Source of the DNA: Macrostomum lignano
Taxonomy: Eukaryota
Direction: 5' to 3'
NCBI GenBank assembly: GCA_002269645.1
Contig: NIVC01000467.1
Span: forward strand, 248,001 to 312,000
DNA length: 64,000 nt
The position numbers were made by a program, and so were the translations under genes. The notes under the pieces are model-generated. The model searched no databases. It worked only from the letters and a program-made list of their open reading frames with translations, and was not told the DNA's origin. Positions 59,843-64,000 of the stretch are shown here, piece after piece (position 1 is the stretch's first letter; each line of letters starts with the position of its first letter).

Positions 59843-61152
59843 CGAGGGTCACTCAGAAAGTTCTTAGCCTGAACACGAAAACAGCAACAAATGAACTAAA
59901 AAACGACTGCAAGTGCTCAAAATACTCTCCACCGGCATTGATACAGGCTTGCATCCTGTGAAACCAGCTGTCAAAGCACTGCCGCCAATCCTCATCCCGG
60001 AGCTCCGCGATGATGTTTTTGAACTCATTCACAGCTTCTTCCGGTGAAGAAAAGACCTGGCCCTTCAGAATCTCCTTGCACTTCGGAAACAGAAAAAAGT
60101 CGCACGGTGCCAGGTCTGGACTATACGCAGGGTGAGTCATCAGCTGGACCCCACAGTCAGCCAGAAACTCAAGAGTTTGAGCCGCCGTGTGCGCGCTGGC
60201 GTTGTCGTGGTGCAGCAGCACCCCGCACATTCCGCACCTTGGGCGCCTCTGGCTCACAGCAGAAAAGACTTTGGGCAGGCAAACCGTTGTGTACCAGTCA
60301 GCGGTGACTGTCTGGCGATCTTCAAGTGAAACGGAAGCCACATGCCCAGTGCGCATGAAGAAACAGGCCACCATCTGCTTGCCGACACTCCGGCTGCGTC
60401 GAAACTTGGTGGGGCTGTCCTCGTCTCCAAAGGTCCACATGGCTGACTGGCGCTTGCTTTCGGGGTCGTATTGATAAATCCAGGTCTCATCGCCCGTGAG
60501 GATGTCCCAGATACGCCGGCTGGTCCCAGATTCGAATTTCTGCAGCATGAATCGGCACCAAGCCACCCTGGTGTCCTTCTGCACGTCCGACAGCTGATGG
60601 GGGATCCACCGGGAAGCCAGCTTCCGCACTCCAAGGTGTTCGTGCAGAATGGCGTGCACACTCCCCGATCCAATACCGATCTCCTGCTGGATCTGCTGGT
60701 AGGTCACTCGCCGGTCAGCGGCAATCATGCTGGACACAGCGCAGATATTTTCTGGAGTCACTGCGTCACAGGGTCTCCCGGATCGATGTTCATCTTCGAG
60801 GCTTTCTCGACCTCGGCGAAACTCAGCGAACCAGTTTTTGACGGTTGCGTATGAAGGACATACATGGGTAAAAACGTTCTGTAAAGTTTGATACGATTCG
60901 GCCGGCGACTTGCCTTGCTTGAAGTGCAAGTACATCATTGCTCTGAAGTCGCGATTTTCCAGCTTCATTGTTGAATTGAAGAACTCAGGGGGTGAACTGA
61001 CTTTAACTCGCTGCAGTGGACTCAAAAGTGGCTGCTTCTGTTTGAAATTTTTGTTGCAATACTTTTAAAACTTGGTCTTTACCATAGACAAATTTCATGC
61101 TTCTACGTCTCGTGGATCCTACTCAGGCTAAAGACTTTCTGAGTGACCCTCG
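59843..61152 (-). mobile_element. Full-length mariner transposon, 1310 bp
   Basis: 30-bp TIR CGAGGGTCACTCAGAAAGTTCTTAGCCTGA (28/30 between ends); TA at 59841-59842 and 61153-61154. Confidence 0.97.
59853..60968 (-). CDS. Mariner transposase, DD34D
   Basis: WIPHQL, TGDETW, HHDNA, YSPDLAPCD with 34-residue spacing; uninterrupted ORF from ATG at 60968. Confidence 0.95.
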   Translation of the reverse strand: MKLENRDFRAMMYLHFKQGKSPAESYQTLQNVFTHVCPSYATVKNWFAEFRRGRESLEDEHRSGRPCDAVTPENICAVSSMIAADRRVTYQQIQQEIGIGSGSVHAILHEHLGVRKLASRWIPHQLSDVQKDTRVAWCRFMLQKFESGTSRRIWDILTGDETWIYQYDPESKRQSAMWTFGDEDSPTKFRRSRSVGKQMVACFFMRTGHVASVSLEDRQTVTADWYTTVCLPKVFSAVSQRRPRCGMCGVLLHHDNASAHTAAQTLEFLADCGVQLMTHPAYSPDLAPCDFFLFPKCKEILKGQVFSSPEEAVNEFKNIIAELRDEDWRQCFDSWFHRMQACINAGGEYFEHLQSFFSSFVAVFVFRLRTF

Positions 61153-61639
61153 TACTTATTATAATTAATATTAACTTTCGCTGTTATATACTTTTTTCTG
61201 TAGATGTCAATATCTTAAAAAGTTTTATTTTGTCAGCTTAGTTGCTTTTACGTATTTACATAAAATATGTTTTACGTAAAGGTGAAATCGATATTTTAAA
61301 AAATTGAAATAAAAGTACTAAATAATTAAATAATAATTCTATTTTACAATGCGGTTGTTATTACCCAACCTTTTTATGCTGCCTATTTTTTTCTTAGTTC
61401 TGTTGCCTCCCGACCGCCCCCTCCCTGAAGACCTATAGGTTGGGGGGGGGGTGGGTATTTGTTAAATCTAGGATTAACCTTTCCCTCTGTTGCCAAATAT
61501 TTTTCTAGGGAGGGGTTAAGGATTTAACTATTAATTTAACTATTGCCATAGTTAATGGAAATTTAGTTTGTTAGTGAGGCATCAGTCCCAACACAAACCG
61601 CTGCTTTTCGATAATTTATTAAAATTAAGCTAGATATAG

Positions 61640-62245
61640 ATATTCTGGGATTCTCGTTTGAGATGCCTGAGATTCTCCTTTGCAAGGCCTGAGATTCTCC
61701 TTTGCAAGGCCTGAGATTCTCATTTGAGATGCCTGAGATTCTCCTTTGCAAAGCCTGGGATTCTCATTTGAGAAGCCTGAGATTCTCCTCTGAGATGCCT
61801 GAGATTTAAGATGCCTGAGATTCTCTTTTGCAAGGCCTGGGATTCTCATTTGAGAAGCCTCAGATTCTCCTCTGAGATGCCTGAGATTCTCCTCTGAGAT
61901 GCCTGAGATTCTCCATTGAGATGCCTGAGATTCTCCATTGAGATGCCTGAGATTCTCCATTGAGATGCCTGAGATTCTGCATTGAGATGCCTGAGATTCT
62001 CCTCTGAGATGCCTGAGATTCTTCATTGAGATGCCTGAGATTCTCCATTGAGATGCCTGAGATTCTCCATTGAGATGCCTGAGATTCTCCATTGAGATGC
62101 CTGAGATTCTCCATTGAGATGCCTGAGATTCTGCATTGAGATGCCTGAGATTCTTCATTGAGATGCCTGAGAATCTCTATTAAGATGCCTGAGATTCTGC
62201 ATTGAGATGCCTGAGATTCTCCATTGAGATGCTTGAGATTTCCCA
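61640..62245. repeat. 22-bp minisatellite
   Basis: GAGATGCCTGAGATTCTCCATT units. Confidence 0.95.
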
Positions 62246-62458
62246 TTTAAGAATCCCGACAGAAAAGCTCTATAAGAACATTCAGCCCCATTTTTTTCTT
62301 TTGATGCATTTTATACTTTAATGGTCCTCTTTTTAATCCCTAGGGTCCGTAATGTATTAATAAGTTTCGATTCTCTTTATAAACAAAACAGCATTTTCAA
62401 TAAGTTTTTTGAAACTATATTTCAGCATTAGGAAATTGAAATTTCGATCAACTAAATA

Positions 62459-63861
62459 ATGCAGTCAATTCTAAAGCAGATTGACAATCATGATTATACT
62501 GAAGACTGTTCTCAACCATTTCTTCGGGAAGGTGTATTTCGAGCTGTGCCTGTTTTTGTAGTGCCAGACAGTAATACTGGCACTACCTCTGGTGCTAGCC
62601 TGTACTCTATTGTACGCAGTCGCTTGGATGGTTGTAAATCATCCTCAGTATTCTCTGGAGAAATCCCCGCGGAAGCAGAAGCAAAAGAAGCAGAAGCAAA
62701 AGAAGAAGAAGCAAAAGAAGAACCGGCTTGTCCATGTCTCAGCGTCGGGTGGAACCGTTTGCAAAATCTTGTCAACGATGAACTCGAATCCATTAGCCAG
62801 CTTCATAGCAGGCTGTTAAACTACTCCGAAGGTGATGAAGATATTAGTCAGCTGTTATTCCAGCTTCTACTATGTGAGCAGAGGCGGCAGCATGCTTTGC
62901 AATTGATTTCTACCGAAGAATCCCAGAGCAAAACTACAGTTGACAGAGAGTGCCTAGCAACAACTAGACCAACTAGTTATCAGCTAAAGGTGTCGCAAAT
63001 TCTATTGCCAATCGATTATCAATCTATTGTTAAAACACGAACGGCATTGTTTTGTATGCTTGTTGCGCTCTCCAATTGGTTGCATTTATGCCAGCAAGAT
63101 GGCCGATTTGGGTCAGGCTGACTATAGCGAAGCCTCAGCTCTGACGGTTCCTTGCGCTTTGAGCGTGCCGTGCTTGGCGGCCGATTTTGATGTCGCACTT
63201 CAGGTTTACTGGCTTCGGCTGGTCTGTGATGCACCTGTTGCTGCTGGTGAGTGATTTATTAACACTTTGGTGTGTACATTGCTAGCCAGCCCCAAAGTAC
63301 ATTTCCCAGCCAGCCCCAATGTTAATCTCCCAGCCAGCCCCACTGTACATCACACAGCCAGCCCCAATGTACATCACACAGCCAGCCCCTATGTACATCG
63401 CTAGCCAGCCCCAATGTACATCACACAGCCAGTCCCAATGTACATCGTCCAGTCAACCCGAATGTACATCTCCCAGCCAGCACCAATGTACATCCCACAG
63501 CCAACCCCAATGTACATCCCACAACCAGTCCCAATGTACATCGCCCAGCCAACACCCACCCGCAGGCGGTTGCTCCTACAGAGTGCCAAACAAACGACGC
63601 CGTTTCTTTCCCCGCCTGGGCGTGAAGTCGCTGCTTTCCGGCGAGCAGCAGCAGCAGAAATTGCACAAGCAACAAGAGAAAAAGCAGTGGAAAAAGCGGC
63701 AATTTAACTTGCTAGGCGAGGTGTCAATCACCATGGATTTGGTCAGGCTCAGCGCGGGCAATGTCAGCATTGAAGCTCCGCCAATCGGCTCTTGTCCGGT
63801 TCGCGGCAACATTAGTGTTCGCTGTGGAGTGCAAACCGAACCTGATGGCCGATTGCGCTAA
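62459..63861 (+). CDS. Anillin/rhotekin-like anillin-homology (RBD + C2-like) protein with a frame break near 63015-63035; no PH domain seen
   Basis: LLLCEQRR..LKVSQILLP (frame of 62459); HCFVCLL..ALTV..DFDVALQVYWL (frame of 63027); intron 63247-63565 (phase 1); FNLLGEVSITMDLV..VRGNISVRC. Resemblance is to recalled anillin AH motifs. Confidence 0.55.
63285..63550. repeat. ~24-bp intronic minisatellite
   Basis: CAGCCAGCCCCAATGTACATCACA units. Confidence 0.9.
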
Positions 63862-64000
63862 TTAGTTCAGTAATATGCTAATTAGCTGCTCAAATATTAA
63901 TATGCTTCATTTTTTATCGAGACAATTGCGCTTTCTATTATTTACGATGCGTTCGTTTCTTGTACCTGATTAATTTTTAATTTTAGTGCATTTCCTATTC

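Overview
Eukaryotic (invertebrate) genomic DNA. The style, compact genes with introns packed by intron-specific minisatellites and Gln/Ala/Gly-rich exons, suggests a free-living flatworm such as Macrostomum; that is inference only. Seven spliced genes were built by hand from GT-AG sites with matching phases: a WAP + Sushi LEV-9/Hasp-like gene (- strand, runs off the left edge, its WAP exon is absent from the ORF track), l(3)mbt-like, a CCDC181-like coiled-coil gene, KCTD10/BACURD-like, sphingosine kinase, an orphan rhodopsin-type GPCR, and an anillin/rhotekin-like gene with a frame break. Mobile elements: an apparently intact Ngaro-type tyrosine-recombinase retrotransposon (48253-52720, split direct repeats A1..B1A2..B2), an intact mariner (59843-61152), an old tRNA-derived SINE family, a 298-bp MITE with an 8-bp TSD, and a possible 3-kb CCCAG/TA element. 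Top leads: (1) both Ngaro ORF junctions carry canonical -1 slippery heptamers in the correct frame (A_AAA_AAC followed by a perfect 14-bp stem, and U_UUU_UUA), suggesting a Gag/Gag-Pol/Gag-Pol-YR double-frameshift cascade; (2) the 298-bp MITE carries a 64-nt copy of the 28S rRNA R2/I-PpoI/Pokey target region with the cleavage core replaced. Most long ORFs in the track are minisatellite artefacts. No database searches were possible, so novelty is unverified.
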